DNA of 64,000 nt from Polyangiaceae bacterium (GCA_050287085.1 JBNKBE010000007.1:1-64000); one strand, 5' to 3'; counted from the first letter of the stretch, positions 38,760 to 48,026 are shown. The notes: generated from the letters alone by a model not told the origin. Made by a program: numbers and translations.

Positions 38760-39605
38760 GTGCCGGTGGACGGGGCTTTTGCGTCGGTCGCCGTGATCGG
38801 CTTTGGCTTGATCGGGGGTTCCATCGCCGCGGCCGTGCGCAGGGCCGCGCCGAACACACGCATCCTCGCCCTCGACCGCCCGGCGACCCTCGCCCAACCC
38901 TGCGTCCAGTCCTTGGCCGACGCGTTCGTGAACGCCGAGGACGAAGCGGCCACCGCGGCGGCCCTCGCTGCGGCCGACCTGACGTTGGTAGCCACGCCGG
39001 TCGATATCATCCAGCGGCACCTTCCCCGCTGGCTGGACCACGCACAACGTCTCACAGACTGCGGCTCGACCAAAGGAACCATCTGCTCTGCGGTCGCAAC
39101 CCACCCCAGGCGAGCGCTCTTCGTGCCTGGTCATCCCATGGCCGGCTCTACGCAACACGGAGCGCAGCACGCTCGCGCCGACCTTTTCGACGCCCGCCCC
39201 TGGCTCATCTGCCCCACCAGCGCTACGGGCCAAGAGCCCAAGCAGCGTGTCATCGACTTCGTCGCACGCTTGGGCGCGCAACCCGTTGAGCTGACCCCGG
39301 ATGCTCACGACGAGGCCGTAGCGATCACCAGTCACGTACCCCAGCTGATCGCCAGTCACCTGCTCCTCCAGTGCTATCAGCACGCGGCCGAACCCACCGC
39401 AGGCCCTGGCTTCCATAGCAGCACCCGTGTGGCCGGCGGTAGCTCCGCCATGTGGGAACCCATCTTCCGAGCCAACGGCCCCGCCGTCGCGCGCGCCGCA
39501 AGAGAGCTCGCCGCGGCCCTCACAGCCTCCGCTGACGCCCTCGACCGGGGCGACGTTGAAGCAGTGACGGCCGTCCTGGAGGCTGCGCGGCACAAGCGCC
39601 GCTAG
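38760..39605 (+). CDS. tyrA: Prephenate/arogenate dehydrogenase
   Basis: 'VIGFGLIGGS', 'TDCGSTK', 'GHPMAG', 'HDEAVAITSHVP', 'TRVA'. Confidence 0.92.
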   Translation: MPVDGAFASVAVIGFGLIGGSIAAAVRRAAPNTRILALDRPATLAQPCVQSLADAFVNAEDEAATAAALAAADLTLVATPVDIIQRHLPRWLDHAQRLTDCGSTKGTICSAVATHPRRALFVPGHPMAGSTQHGAQHARADLFDARPWLICPTSATGQEPKQRVIDFVARLGAQPVELTPDAHDEAVAITSHVPQLIASHLLLQCYQHAAEPTAGPGFHSSTRVAGGSSAMWEPIFRANGPAVARAARELAAALTASADALDRGDVEAVTAVLEAARHKRR

Positions 39606-39680
39606 ACCAGAGTCGTTCGACGGCGAGAAGACGCCGTCTCTAGCGTCCTGGAGGCTGCGCGGCACAAGCGCCGCTAGACC
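39572..39680. repeat. 37-bp perfect direct repeat x2 (tyrA 3' end duplicated), 35-nt gap
   Basis: CGTCCTGGAGGCTGCGCGGCACAAGCGCCGCTAGACC at 39572-39608 and 39644-39680. Confidence 0.95.
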
Positions 39681-39831
39681 CCCGGGGCGGCTCTTGGTGA
39701 TAGACTCCGACACTCCGATCGGCTTGCATGCCAGAGTGTGCCAGACGCGCTGGCTCAGCCTGGTGAGACAGCACCTTCCCGGCCACTTCGCGTCGCCGCC
39801 GACTTGGCGCGACTTGTGCTACACTGGCGGT

Positions 39832-40200
39832 GTGCGCTGTCTGGTCTTGCTCCTGCTGCCCGGTGTCCTCGCCACCGCCTGCCTGAATCCCTTTGGCGAA
39901 GATCCAAGCGCCGCAAACGAGCTATCCGCCGGGCCAGCGGAACCCGACATCGCAGTGCCGACCGTGAGCGACGACAACAGCTCACCTCGAGGCGACATGG
40001 ACTATGGCGCCGACGGCGGGGCGCCCCCTGAAGGGCCCCGAACGTCCCCGTCGACATCTGCCGACGCAGACGGCCCTGCCGACGCAGACACGCCCACCGA
40101 CGCGGGCGGCAACCCACCCGACGCTGGAGTGGCTGACGCTAAGCCAGCGGACCGTTCCGAGCCAGCCACGGACGAGACCACCACCCGGGGACCTGAGTGA
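39832..40200 (+). CDS. Small low-complexity lipoprotein
   Basis: Lipobox LATAC, then LNPFGEDP, then a D/A/G/P-rich tail. Confidence 0.7.
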   Translation: MRCLVLLLLPGVLATACLNPFGEDPSAANELSAGPAEPDIAVPTVSDDNSSPRGDMDYGADGGAPPEGPRTSPSTSADADGPADADTPTDAGGNPPDAGVADAKPADRSEPATDETTTRGPE

Positions 40201-40655
40201 TGGCTTGGCGCAAGACCACGTGGGCGCTCGCCTTGCTGACGTTGTTGCTGCTCGCTGCCTGCAACACCCTCGACGTCCTGAATCCCAAGGGCGAGGATCC
40301 CGGCATCAGCGGCGACGCCGATCCGATCAACGCCGCTTCCGGTGGTCGTCCCAGCGCACCGAACGCCAGCGGGGCACCCCCGATCGGCGAAGGGCCGGGC
40401 GCGGCAGGCGGTACAAGCTCGGACGGTTCTAACCCAGGCGGCGCGGGCGGTGGGGCAGCGCCGCCTGCTGCCGGCGGCGCGGCCGACAATGGTAACGATC
40501 TTGGTGCTGGCGGCGCAGGCGGGACGGCCGCCGCGGCCGGTGGCGCCGCCGCCCCCGGCGACTCGACGGAGACCGCCGACGACATGGCAGACCCCACAGC
40601 ACTGGACGCCAGCACACCAGACGCGGGGCTGGATGCAGGGGCCGCAGAGCTCTAG
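40197..40655 (+). CDS. Small low-complexity lipoprotein
   Basis: Lipobox LAAC, then LNPKGEDP, then a G/A-rich tail; start overlaps the upstream stop. Confidence 0.75.
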   Translation: MMAWRKTTWALALLTLLLLAACNTLDVLNPKGEDPGISGDADPINAASGGRPSAPNASGAPPIGEGPGAAGGTSSDGSNPGGAGGGAAPPAAGGAADNGNDLGAGGAGGTAAAAGGAAAPGDSTETADDMADPTALDASTPDAGLDAGAAEL

Positions 40656-40725
40656 TGGAGCTCCGGGCCGACCTAACCATCCAGGTTGGCCCGTGCTCGA
40701 CAGCCCCGCTTCAGCCAGCCCTGCT

Positions 40726-41139
40726 TCAGCCAGTCGCGCGGAGCTGACGCGCCAACTCTCGGGCCACGTTCAGGACGAGCAGGGAGTAGGCCCGTGCGTC
40801 CGCGCGGTAAAGACGATCCAGATCCGTCGCCCCGATCGCCAGCACCGTGCTGACCTCTAGAGCCCGGGCAGACCATTGCCGTGGCTGGAAGTCGATCAGA
40901 CCCACCAGGCCAAATGCCTCGTTCATCGCCACCGTCCGCCGCCGTCGCCCGCGCTCATCACAGATCTCGACGGCGCCACCCAGCAAGACAAAGCAGGTAT
41001 CGGCGTGTTCCCCCGCGCGAAAGACCCAGTTGCCTGTAGCGATCCGCCGCTGCGCGGTACTGGCCAGCAACACATGCAGCGCGTCCGATCGCAACCCGGC
41101 AAAGAGGGGCACGTCTGCGGCGCGGGCGTGGTCAGTCAC
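40726..41139 (-). CDS. Standalone cyclic-nucleotide-binding domain protein
   Basis: 'VPLFAGL', 'VFRAGEHADTCFVLLGGAVEI', 'FGLVGLIDFQPRQWSARA'; no HTH. Confidence 0.85.
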   Translation of the reverse strand: MTDHARAADVPLFAGLRSDALHVLLASTAQRRIATGNWVFRAGEHADTCFVLLGGAVEICDERGRRRRTVAMNEAFGLVGLIDFQPRQWSARALEVSTVLAIGATDLDRLYRADARAYSLLVLNVARELARQLRATG

Positions 41140-41579
41140 GACTGCCCCGGCGCAAACTCGCAGCTGTACACCCAGCGCCCGCGTCCCGGCCCCGCATAGT
41201 CCTGCACGAACGTGCCCTGGAGCCCGCGACGCATTACAAAGTCACGACCCGTGTTGTTGTCGTCGCTAGCAACCGCTTTCAGCCCCTTGCAGCCCCCATC
41301 CCGGCACGCCTCCTCAAAGGCTTGCCAAAGCGCAAGTCCTACCCCCTCACCGCGACGGTCTGGATGCGCCGCCAGTTCTCTTACGACGCCCCACTCCTGG
41401 GCCACAAAACCAAACAAGTATCCAATCAGCACGCCCTGATCCTCGAGCACCTTCGCGGTACTCCCGAGGTCGTAGAAGTACGTAGGGTCCAGCGTCGTCG
41501 CGGCGTCCCGCCCCAGCCAACGCTGACGGCATTGGACAATCTGGTCGAAGTCCGCCTTGACCATCGCGCGAACGAACAT
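41136..41579 (-). CDS. GNAT-family N-acetyltransferase
   Basis: Acetyl-CoA motif A 'LAAHPDRRGEGVGLAL'. Confidence 0.88.
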   Translation of the reverse strand: MFVRAMVKADFDQIVQCRQRWLGRDAATTLDPTYFYDLGSTAKVLEDQGVLIGYLFGFVAQEWGVVRELAAHPDRRGEGVGLALWQAFEEACRDGGCKGLKAVASDDNNTGRDFVMRRGLQGTFVQDYAGPGRGRWVYSCEFAPGQS

Positions 41580-41694
41580 ACGCCCGTCCTATCAGAATCT
41601 CCCGCCCCTTGCCCACCCGCCAACGCTCTCCACCTCTGAACCCGGTCCTCCGTCGGGGCTGGCAATACGGCCTCGTATCGACTAAGGCGGTGCC

Positions 41695-42360
41695 GTGACC
41701 GACCTTGAGATCGCGCCCTCCATCCTCAGCGCGGACTTCGCTCGCCTCGCCGATGAGATTGCCCAGGTTGAGGCAGCCGGCGCCGATCTGCTGCACGTCG
41801 ACGTGATGGACGGGCAATTTGTCCCAAACATCACACTGGGACCGGTTGTGGTGTCGGCCGTGCGTCGCAGCACGCGCCTCCCCCTAGACGTCCATCTCAT
41901 GATCCAGGACCCCGACCGCTACCTGAATGACTTCGCGTCCGCAGGAGCGGACGGACTCACGGTACAGTACGAGGCCTGCACCCATCTTCAGCGCACCCTC
42001 GCGCGCATCCGGGCCCTCGGTAAGAAGGCAGGGGTCGCCCTCAATCCCCACACCCCGGAAAGCGCACTCGAATACCTCTGGGGCGACCTGGACCTGATCT
42101 TGGTCATGACCGTCAATCCCGGGTTTGGCGGGCAGGAGTTCCTTCACAGCCAACTCGTGAAGATCGAAAGGGTCGCAAAGCGCCTGCAGCAACTGGGCGC
42201 ACCCGCGATCTTGGAGGTGGACGGCGGCATCAACGTCCAGACCATCGCTTCGGCGCGCGCAGCGGGAGCGCAGCGCGCAGTCGCGGGCGCCGCCGTCTTC
42301 AGCCAGCCCGATAGGGCCGCTGCCCTGCGTGCGCTCCGCGCCGCGTGCGCGGCGAGCTGA
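41695..42360 (+). CDS. rpe: Ribulose-phosphate 3-epimerase
   Basis: 'IAPSILSADF', 'HVDVMDG', 'DVHLM', 'VNPGFGGQ', 'VDGG'. Confidence 0.97.
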   Translation: MTDLEIAPSILSADFARLADEIAQVEAAGADLLHVDVMDGQFVPNITLGPVVVSAVRRSTRLPLDVHLMIQDPDRYLNDFASAGADGLTVQYEACTHLQRTLARIRALGKKAGVALNPHTPESALEYLWGDLDLILVMTVNPGFGGQEFLHSQLVKIERVAKRLQQLGAPAILEVDGGINVQTIASARAAGAQRAVAGAAVFSQPDRAAALRALRAACAAS

Positions 42361-42481
42361 GGGAAGCATCACCTGTTCAGCGGTCGAAATCGCCCCACCG
42401 GGGTGTCTTTCACCCGGGGCGTCACGAAGCGAAACACTCGCGGGGGCTGACGCGTACCATAAGCAAGTCCCCACAGTCCTT

Positions 42482-42531
42482 TGGCATCGGCCCTGCAACC
42501 CGTGACGGACCAAGGTGGCACGGATACTGCT
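42482..42531 (+). promoter_or_regulatory. Two tandem sigma54-like promoters
   Basis: TGGCATCGGCCCTGCA (42482-42497) and TGGCACGGATACTGCT (42516-42531), both GG-N10-GC. Confidence 0.6.
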
Positions 42532-42543
42532 TTACTCCCCCTC

Positions 42544-42990
42544 ATGACAACTTCCACCGTCTCGCGCACATCTACCCAGCGAGTCCAATGGTCAGTGCTT
42601 GTCGCGTCGACCGCGGGCCTGACCACCCACCGCGCGGACGTGGAAGTCGACCTGCCCAAGGAGGGTGGTCTCCCGTCTCGCCTCATAGTCCAGGTCTATG
42701 ATCGCTCACCCGGCGTTGGGGCTCAGCGCGTTCGCTACGCGCGACCGGTTGCGGCGTCCGCCACGGTGGCACCTGGCGACCGAGCGCGCGCCACCTTGTC
42801 GCTCCCTACGGACGCGCTTCTCACCGGGGGATACGCGGTAGCCTGGCTGGAACCGGGAGCCCCGGAGGAACTTGAGTTCGGGGGTCTCGAGCGACGTCCG
42901 CCCGCCAAGGCGCGTTGGGCCACGGCCCCGCTCCGTCGCGGCCGGGCCCACCTGAGCCTCACAACAACAGACCCCTCGCGGGCGGCCTGA
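42544..42990 (+). CDS. Hypothetical protein
   Basis: ORF directly downstream of the sigma54 motifs; beta-rich-looking C-terminal part. Confidence 0.6.
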   Translation: MTTSTVSRTSTQRVQWSVLVASTAGLTTHRADVEVDLPKEGGLPSRLIVQVYDRSPGVGAQRVRYARPVAASATVAPGDRARATLSLPTDALLTGGYAVAWLEPGAPEELEFGGLERRPPAKARWATAPLRRGRAHLSLTTTDPSRAA

Positions 42991-43053
42991 AGGGACGCCG
43001 GACGGTGGTTAGCCCCCGTCCCAGACACACCGCCCCCCCGGCCCAGATCGGCG

Positions 43054-45195
43054 CTACGCGGCTACCGACGTCCGGCCGGGCTGCTGCGAGCGCCGCAGCT
43101 CCCTCAGGGCCGCAACGCGCCGCCTAAAGTCCAACCGTTCCTCCGCGCTCAGCGCTCGACCCCCGAAGCGAGCAGCGAGGTAGCGCTCGGTCAGCGACAG
43201 AATCTCGTCCGCACCCGGGGCATTCATTTCGACCAGGGCCCTAGCGTGTGCCAAAGGCGGCGTCTCGGGTCGCCGCTGAACGCCGAGCTCTCGCAGGACC
43301 GCCTCGAGTCGTAGGTAGAGGGCTGCGGCGTGTTCCTCGGCGCGGCCCATGAGCTCCCCGCGGCTCCCTAGGATGTGGCCTCGGCGCCCCTTCTGCCAGC
43401 GGAGCCAGCCGAAATAAGCCGCGCCGCCAGCCGCGCCCGCCGCGGCCAGCCACTTCAGATAGTCAACGAACCGTGTTGAGGACCCCTGCTCGCTCGACAG
43501 CCCGCTTCGGAGCTTCCGGAGCAGCCCAAGTTGCTGCTGCAGATCGTAGGAGACGACGTGCCGCTCCCACCTCTCGCCAGCAGCTTCCACGAGCTCCCGG
43601 AAGAACGAGAACATCCCCTGCGCATCGCCAAAGGCATCCGTCTCCGAGCCCGGCGTCGGATCGAAGCGAGTCCACCCAACCCCGTCGACAAAGACCTCAA
43701 CCCAGCTATGGGCATCTCCCTGCCGCACCGCGTAGAAATCGCCGAACCGGTTCAAGGTGCCCCCTATGAAGCCCGTGACGTTTCGGGTCGGCACGCCCAG
43801 CGCCCGAAGCATCGTCGCCATGGCCGTCGAGTAGTACTCACAATGCCCCCGCTGGGACACGAAGAGAAAGTCGACGAGCGGATTGCGCGCACTGCCCGAC
43901 GGCGATTCCAAGTCGTACCGAAATCCGCGCCGCAGCTTGCGCTCGATGCGCGATGCCATCTCGCGGGGGTTGGTGCTCGATCCCACCCAGCTGCGAGCCA
44001 GCTCCGTCACCCTCGGCTCCCAATCCGGCGGCAAGGTCAGGTAGCGTCCCCGCTCCGCTCCTTCGAGACGCGCCGCCCGGCGCCCTTGCCCCCCAAGGGC
44101 TCGATAGCGCAGCCCGGACTCGTGAGGTAACGCGTAGCTCACATCACCTTCCTGGCCACGGGTTATCACCAGGCCGTCGGCCTCGCGCCCCTCCGCCAAG
44201 ACCTCGAACGCCGCCGCACCGCTCGGCAGGAAGAGCACCGGCGGCTGGATCGGCTCAAGCGCGATCGTCATGAGCTCCTCGCCCAGAGCCACCGGCTCAA
44301 GGGCCCAAATATCGCGTGACAGTCGTTGAGCGGGAAAGCGTCCGCGATCGCGCGACCAGCTCTTGCCGTCATAGGTGTCGAACGCGGTGCCCCGAAGATA
44401 TAGCGGCAAGCGCACAGGCCGCTCTTCATCGCTAGGAGGCAGATAGACACGCATGGCGATGGTCGGATCCGAACGCAAGCGCCCCACCTTGCCCAGGTCC
44501 ACGCGGTCCGAGAAGCCCACCATCCTTCCCGAATTTCCGTGATTGCGGAGCAACATGGAAAGGCCGACGCGCGGGAAAGCGACAAAGAGGCCCGCCGTGA
44601 ACACGAAGATGGGAACGGCGAGCGAGCTCGTGATCAGCAGGAAGCGCCCGCTCACCACGCGCCGACTCCGCAGAATCCTTGGCACATCGACGGGTAGCCC
44701 CGTGCGATCGCGCGCCCCCTGCCGGTAATTGCCCTCCACCTCGCGGCGCAGGTGACTGAGAACGAGTGCGCCAGGGGCCACAACCAAGAAGCCGAAGAAG
44801 CACAACGCGTAGGCGAGCCCCCCGCCCAAGACGGTTCCGGCCACCAAGTGCAGCAGCGCAAGCAGAACTATCTGTTGGTCGTGAGCTCCCCCGCGACGGG
44901 TCCCAATGCGCACTATCTGGAGCCCCGCCGCGAACTCAACGGCAACCGTTAGCGGATCGTGACCGAGAAAGAGGCGGGCCCCGTTCAGCCCGAGCAACCC
45001 GATCGACAACACGAGCCCCGCGGTTCGCATCTTCGGATGCAACTGGACTCGGTCCGGCACGATCAGCGCGAGCACCAGAAGCAAGCTCAGCGACCAGCGC
45101 GAGCCAACCCCAAGCTGCCCGCTGGTCACCAGCGCCGCCATACCAAGCACGGCAAGCGCCCCGGTCATGATGCGATGAATGAGTCCGAACCTCAT
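43054..45195 (-). CDS. Membrane transglutaminase-like protein (TgpA/DUF3488)
   Basis: N-terminal TMs; triad motifs 'GHCEYY', 'AHSWVEV', 'FDPT'. Confidence 0.92.
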   Translation of the reverse strand: MRFGLIHRIMTGALAVLGMAALVTSGQLGVGSRWSLSLLLVLALIVPDRVQLHPKMRTAGLVLSIGLLGLNGARLFLGHDPLTVAVEFAAGLQIVRIGTRRGGAHDQQIVLLALLHLVAGTVLGGGLAYALCFFGFLVVAPGALVLSHLRREVEGNYRQGARDRTGLPVDVPRILRSRRVVSGRFLLITSSLAVPIFVFTAGLFVAFPRVGLSMLLRNHGNSGRMVGFSDRVDLGKVGRLRSDPTIAMRVYLPPSDEERPVRLPLYLRGTAFDTYDGKSWSRDRGRFPAQRLSRDIWALEPVALGEELMTIALEPIQPPVLFLPSGAAAFEVLAEGREADGLVITRGQEGDVSYALPHESGLRYRALGGQGRRAARLEGAERGRYLTLPPDWEPRVTELARSWVGSSTNPREMASRIERKLRRGFRYDLESPSGSARNPLVDFLFVSQRGHCEYYSTAMATMLRALGVPTRNVTGFIGGTLNRFGDFYAVRQGDAHSWVEVFVDGVGWTRFDPTPGSETDAFGDAQGMFSFFRELVEAAGERWERHVVSYDLQQQLGLLRKLRSGLSSEQGSSTRFVDYLKWLAAAGAAGGAAYFGWLRWQKGRRGHILGSRGELMGRAEEHAAALYLRLEAVLRELGVQRRPETPPLAHARALVEMNAPGADEILSLTERYLAARFGGRALSAEERLDFRRRVAALRELRRSQQPGRTSVAA

Positions 45196-46238
45196 CCTGC
45201 GCCCGGCGCTCCTTCCCCGGCCTCCGCGGCTGGCGCCACCAGCGCCAAAAAGCGAAGCAGCGGATCAGCTCCCAGCGCGGCGTCCACGCTCACCCCAAGC
45301 CCGTCGGCCGTTCGCACCCTAACCGCGTCCCCGCGCAAGAGATGGGCTACGGCCCGCGACGCGATATCCCGAACGTGTATCTCGAAGCGCTGCTCCCACC
45401 CGGGCTCGTCCCGCCTTCGATTGTCCAATACGAAGTCGACCTCCTGCCGGGTCTCCGCGGCGCGCTCCCGCACGACCAGCGCATGGGCGCTCTTGCGCCA
45501 ATAGATGTCGCGCACGTCATCCCCCTCCCGAAGGGGCCGAACGGTCAAGACGTCGAAGCCGCGTCCACGGCTCAACGCCGACTCGCCACTGGCCTGGCCG
45601 GCCCCGCCTATCGGCGGAAGCGTTACCGCGTCGACCGCTGGATAGATGATCAGCTCACCGTCGCAGCGGAGCTCGCGCGACTTCTCGAAGAAGCCAAACG
45701 GAAAGCGGGTTGCGACTCGGAAGCCCACGTGTCGATCCACGCCGCGTTTGGCAGGCGTACGCCGATAAGCCGCCACCTGCAGCGATCCCGGACTGATCTT
45801 GAGGAAGAAGCAGCGCTTGTCCGCGGGCTGGTCCTCCCTGAGATCCTCGATTTCGACCGCGTAGCTCGGGATCCGCCCCTTCAGATTGTGCACTTCGATC
45901 TCTACCAGATGAGGACGACCCACCTGCGCGCGGGGCGGCAGCCGCCGCACCACGCTGAGCTCTCGCAGACTGAGCTCGCTCATAACGCTGGAAACGACGA
46001 TCAGCGCCAGCAGCATGCCGAGCAACAGATAGAGCAGATTGTTGCCCGTATTGATCGCAGCAAAGCCCACCCCCAGGGTAATGCCGATGAAGTACTTACC
46101 CTCGCGGGTGATCTTCAGCTTCCTGGGCAGCCTCCAGCGCTGCCGAAGACCTGGACCGGCATGACCTTCCTGGACACGCGAATCGCCCGTGACGCCCCCA
46201 GGAAGCGCCGGCGGCTCCGCCATCATCTCCGCGCCCAT
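45192..46238 (-). CDS. DUF58 domain protein
   Basis: 'AAINTGNNLLY', 'TRFPFG', 'GDDVRDIYWRKSA'; start uncertain. Confidence 0.9.
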   Translation of the reverse strand: MGAEMMAEPPALPGGVTGDSRVQEGHAGPGLRQRWRLPRKLKITREGKYFIGITLGVGFAAINTGNNLLYLLLGMLLALIVVSSVMSELSLRELSVVRRLPPRAQVGRPHLVEIEVHNLKGRIPSYAVEIEDLREDQPADKRCFFLKISPGSLQVAAYRRTPAKRGVDRHVGFRVATRFPFGFFEKSRELRCDGELIIYPAVDAVTLPPIGGAGQASGESALSRGRGFDVLTVRPLREGDDVRDIYWRKSAHALVVRERAAETRQEVDFVLDNRRRDEPGWEQRFEIHVRDIASRAVAHLLRGDAVRVRTADGLGVSVDAALGADPLLRFLALVAPAAEAGEGAPGAG

Positions 46239-46251
46239 AGCTGCCGAGCTC

Positions 46252-47217
46252 TCAGAGCGGCACCGGTACCCGAGCCACAATATCCCGAATCACCGACTCG
46301 GACTCCTCGCGCGTGGGCACGTAGCCCTGCGCGTGCGCCGCGAGCCGAACGCGATGCGCCAGCAATGGCACGACCAGGTCATGAATGTCGTCAGCGATGC
46401 AGTAGTCCCGACCGGACAACAGGGCGCGAGCCCGGGCAGCACGGGCCAAGCTCTTGGCCGCACGCGGACTGGCTCCCACGGACAGGGTCGCAGCGCTCCG
46501 CGTCGCGCCAACCACGGCTTGCAGGTACGTGGCCAACGCGTGGTCGATACGCACCTCATCGACGGCGGCCTGCACCTGGCGCAGACCATCCGGCCGCATC
46601 ACCTCGCGCACGCGCCCCAGGCGATCGGTTTCGGGCTCCAGAATGAGCCGAGTTTCAACCTGAGGCGGCGGGTAGCCGATGCTGAGCCTGACCATGAAGC
46701 GATCCAGCTGCGACTCGGGCAGTGGAAATGTGCCGGCAAAGTCCTGAGGATTCTGGGTAGCCAATACGATGAACGGTTCCGGCAGCGTAAGCGCCTGCCC
46801 ATCGAGCGAAACCTGACCATCGTTCATCGCCTCGAGCAGGGCGGACTGAGTCCGCGGGCTGGCTCGGTTAATCTCATCCGCTAAGAGCACGTGGGTGAAG
46901 ATGGGCCCCTTGCGCAGCTCGAAGTCCCCCCGCGTTTGGTCGAAGATCGACACCCCCAGCAGGTCACTGGGCAAGAGATCGCTCGTGAACTGAACCCGGA
47001 TCATCTCGGCGCCGAGTGCCTTCGCGAGCGCACGGGCCAGGGTCGTCTTACCAACCCCCGGAACGTCCTCGATCAGAACGTGCCCGCGCGCTAGCAACGC
47101 GATGATGGCGAGCTCCACAACCTCCGCCTTGCCCTCGAGCGCTGCACAGACCGCCTTCTTGAGCTCTCCGAGGAGCTCGAGCCGGGCGGATTGGCTAGCC
47201 AAGGCAGATGATGTCAT
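46252..47217 (-). CDS. moxR: MoxR-family AAA+ ATPase
   Basis: 'EDVPGVGKT', 'FTSDLLPSD', 'ADEINRA', 'ATQNP', 'LPESQLDRF'. Confidence 0.95.
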   Translation of the reverse strand: MTSSALASQSARLELLGELKKAVCAALEGKAEVVELAIIALLARGHVLIEDVPGVGKTTLARALAKALGAEMIRVQFTSDLLPSDLLGVSIFDQTRGDFELRKGPIFTHVLLADEINRASPRTQSALLEAMNDGQVSLDGQALTLPEPFIVLATQNPQDFAGTFPLPESQLDRFMVRLSIGYPPPQVETRLILEPETDRLGRVREVMRPDGLRQVQAAVDEVRIDHALATYLQAVVGATRSAATLSVGASPRAAKSLARAARARALLSGRDYCIADDIHDLVVPLLAHRVRLAAHAQGYVPTREESESVIRDIVARVPVPL

Positions 47218-47342
47218 TGGGCAGATACTAGCACGGGACGACACGTTGGCCTCCAGACTGAAGGGCCGAAGCGCGTGGGTCGAACGCTGAGAGGCTGGCC
47301 GAAATCCCCTTGGCGGCGCGCTCGTCCTGCTATGACGCCACC

Positions 47343-48008
47343 GTGCCCAAGATTGCGCGCATCGAGGTGGTTGGGGTCACACGTCTGTTTGGCGCCACGG
47401 CGGCCCTGCGCGGCGTCAGCTGCTCCTTCGACGCGGGAACCATCACCTTCGTTCAAGGCGCCAACGGTGCTGGTAAAAGCACGCTGCTTTCGATCATCGG
47501 CACGACGCTCCGTGCGACGTCCGGACACGTCAGCTACCCACCCTTCGGGCGCAGCCTCAGAGCGGCGCGCGAGCGCCTTGGTTGGGTCGCCCACGAATCC
47601 CATTGCTATCCAGAGCTGACCGGCCGCGAGAACGTTACCCTCGCGGCGCAACTGTACGGCGTCGGTGATGCAGGGGCTGTTGAGGCCATGGCTGAGCGAG
47701 TGGAGGCCGGTGCCTTCTTCGATCGCCCAGTCAGGACGTTGTCCCGCGGTCAACGCCAGCGCGTCTCCTTGGCCCGCGCTTTGGTGCACCAGCCCGACAT
47801 CGTCTTGCTGGACGAGCCGCTGAGTGGCCTCGACGCCGCCAGTAGCACTCGCTTTCGCGAGGTCGTGCAAGAAGAGAGCCGGCGAGGCGCTATCGTCGTC
47901 ATCGTCAGTCATCGCGACGACTGGGTCAGTAGATTCGAGGCGCGGAAGCTGCGCCTCGAGCGCGGCCGACTTGTCGCAAGCCCCACGCCTCATCCAGCCC
48001 CCCCCTGA
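47343..48008 (+). CDS. ABC ATP-binding protein, CcmA-like
   Basis: 'GANGAGKST', 'LSRGQRQR', 'LLDEP'; short, no permease adjacent. Confidence 0.8.
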   Translation: MPKIARIEVVGVTRLFGATAALRGVSCSFDAGTITFVQGANGAGKSTLLSIIGTTLRATSGHVSYPPFGRSLRAARERLGWVAHESHCYPELTGRENVTLAAQLYGVGDAGAVEAMAERVEAGAFFDRPVRTLSRGQRQRVSLARALVHQPDIVLLDEPLSGLDAASSTRFREVVQEESRRGAIVVIVSHRDDWVSRFEARKLRLERGRLVASPTPHPAPP

Positions 48009-48026
48009 AGCGTCCCGCGCAAGGCT

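Noticed and set aside
39572..39680. Mini CRISPR array (37-nt repeat, 35-nt spacer)
   Set aside because: Only two copies, the first is tyrA coding sequence, and there is no cas gene or AT-rich leader
40700..40733. 15-bp near-tandem duplication at the CNB gene stop
   Set aside because: Short slippage-type repeat with no further support
43054..47217. MoxR-DUF58-transglutaminase operon as a novel system
   Set aside because: A known, widespread gene module
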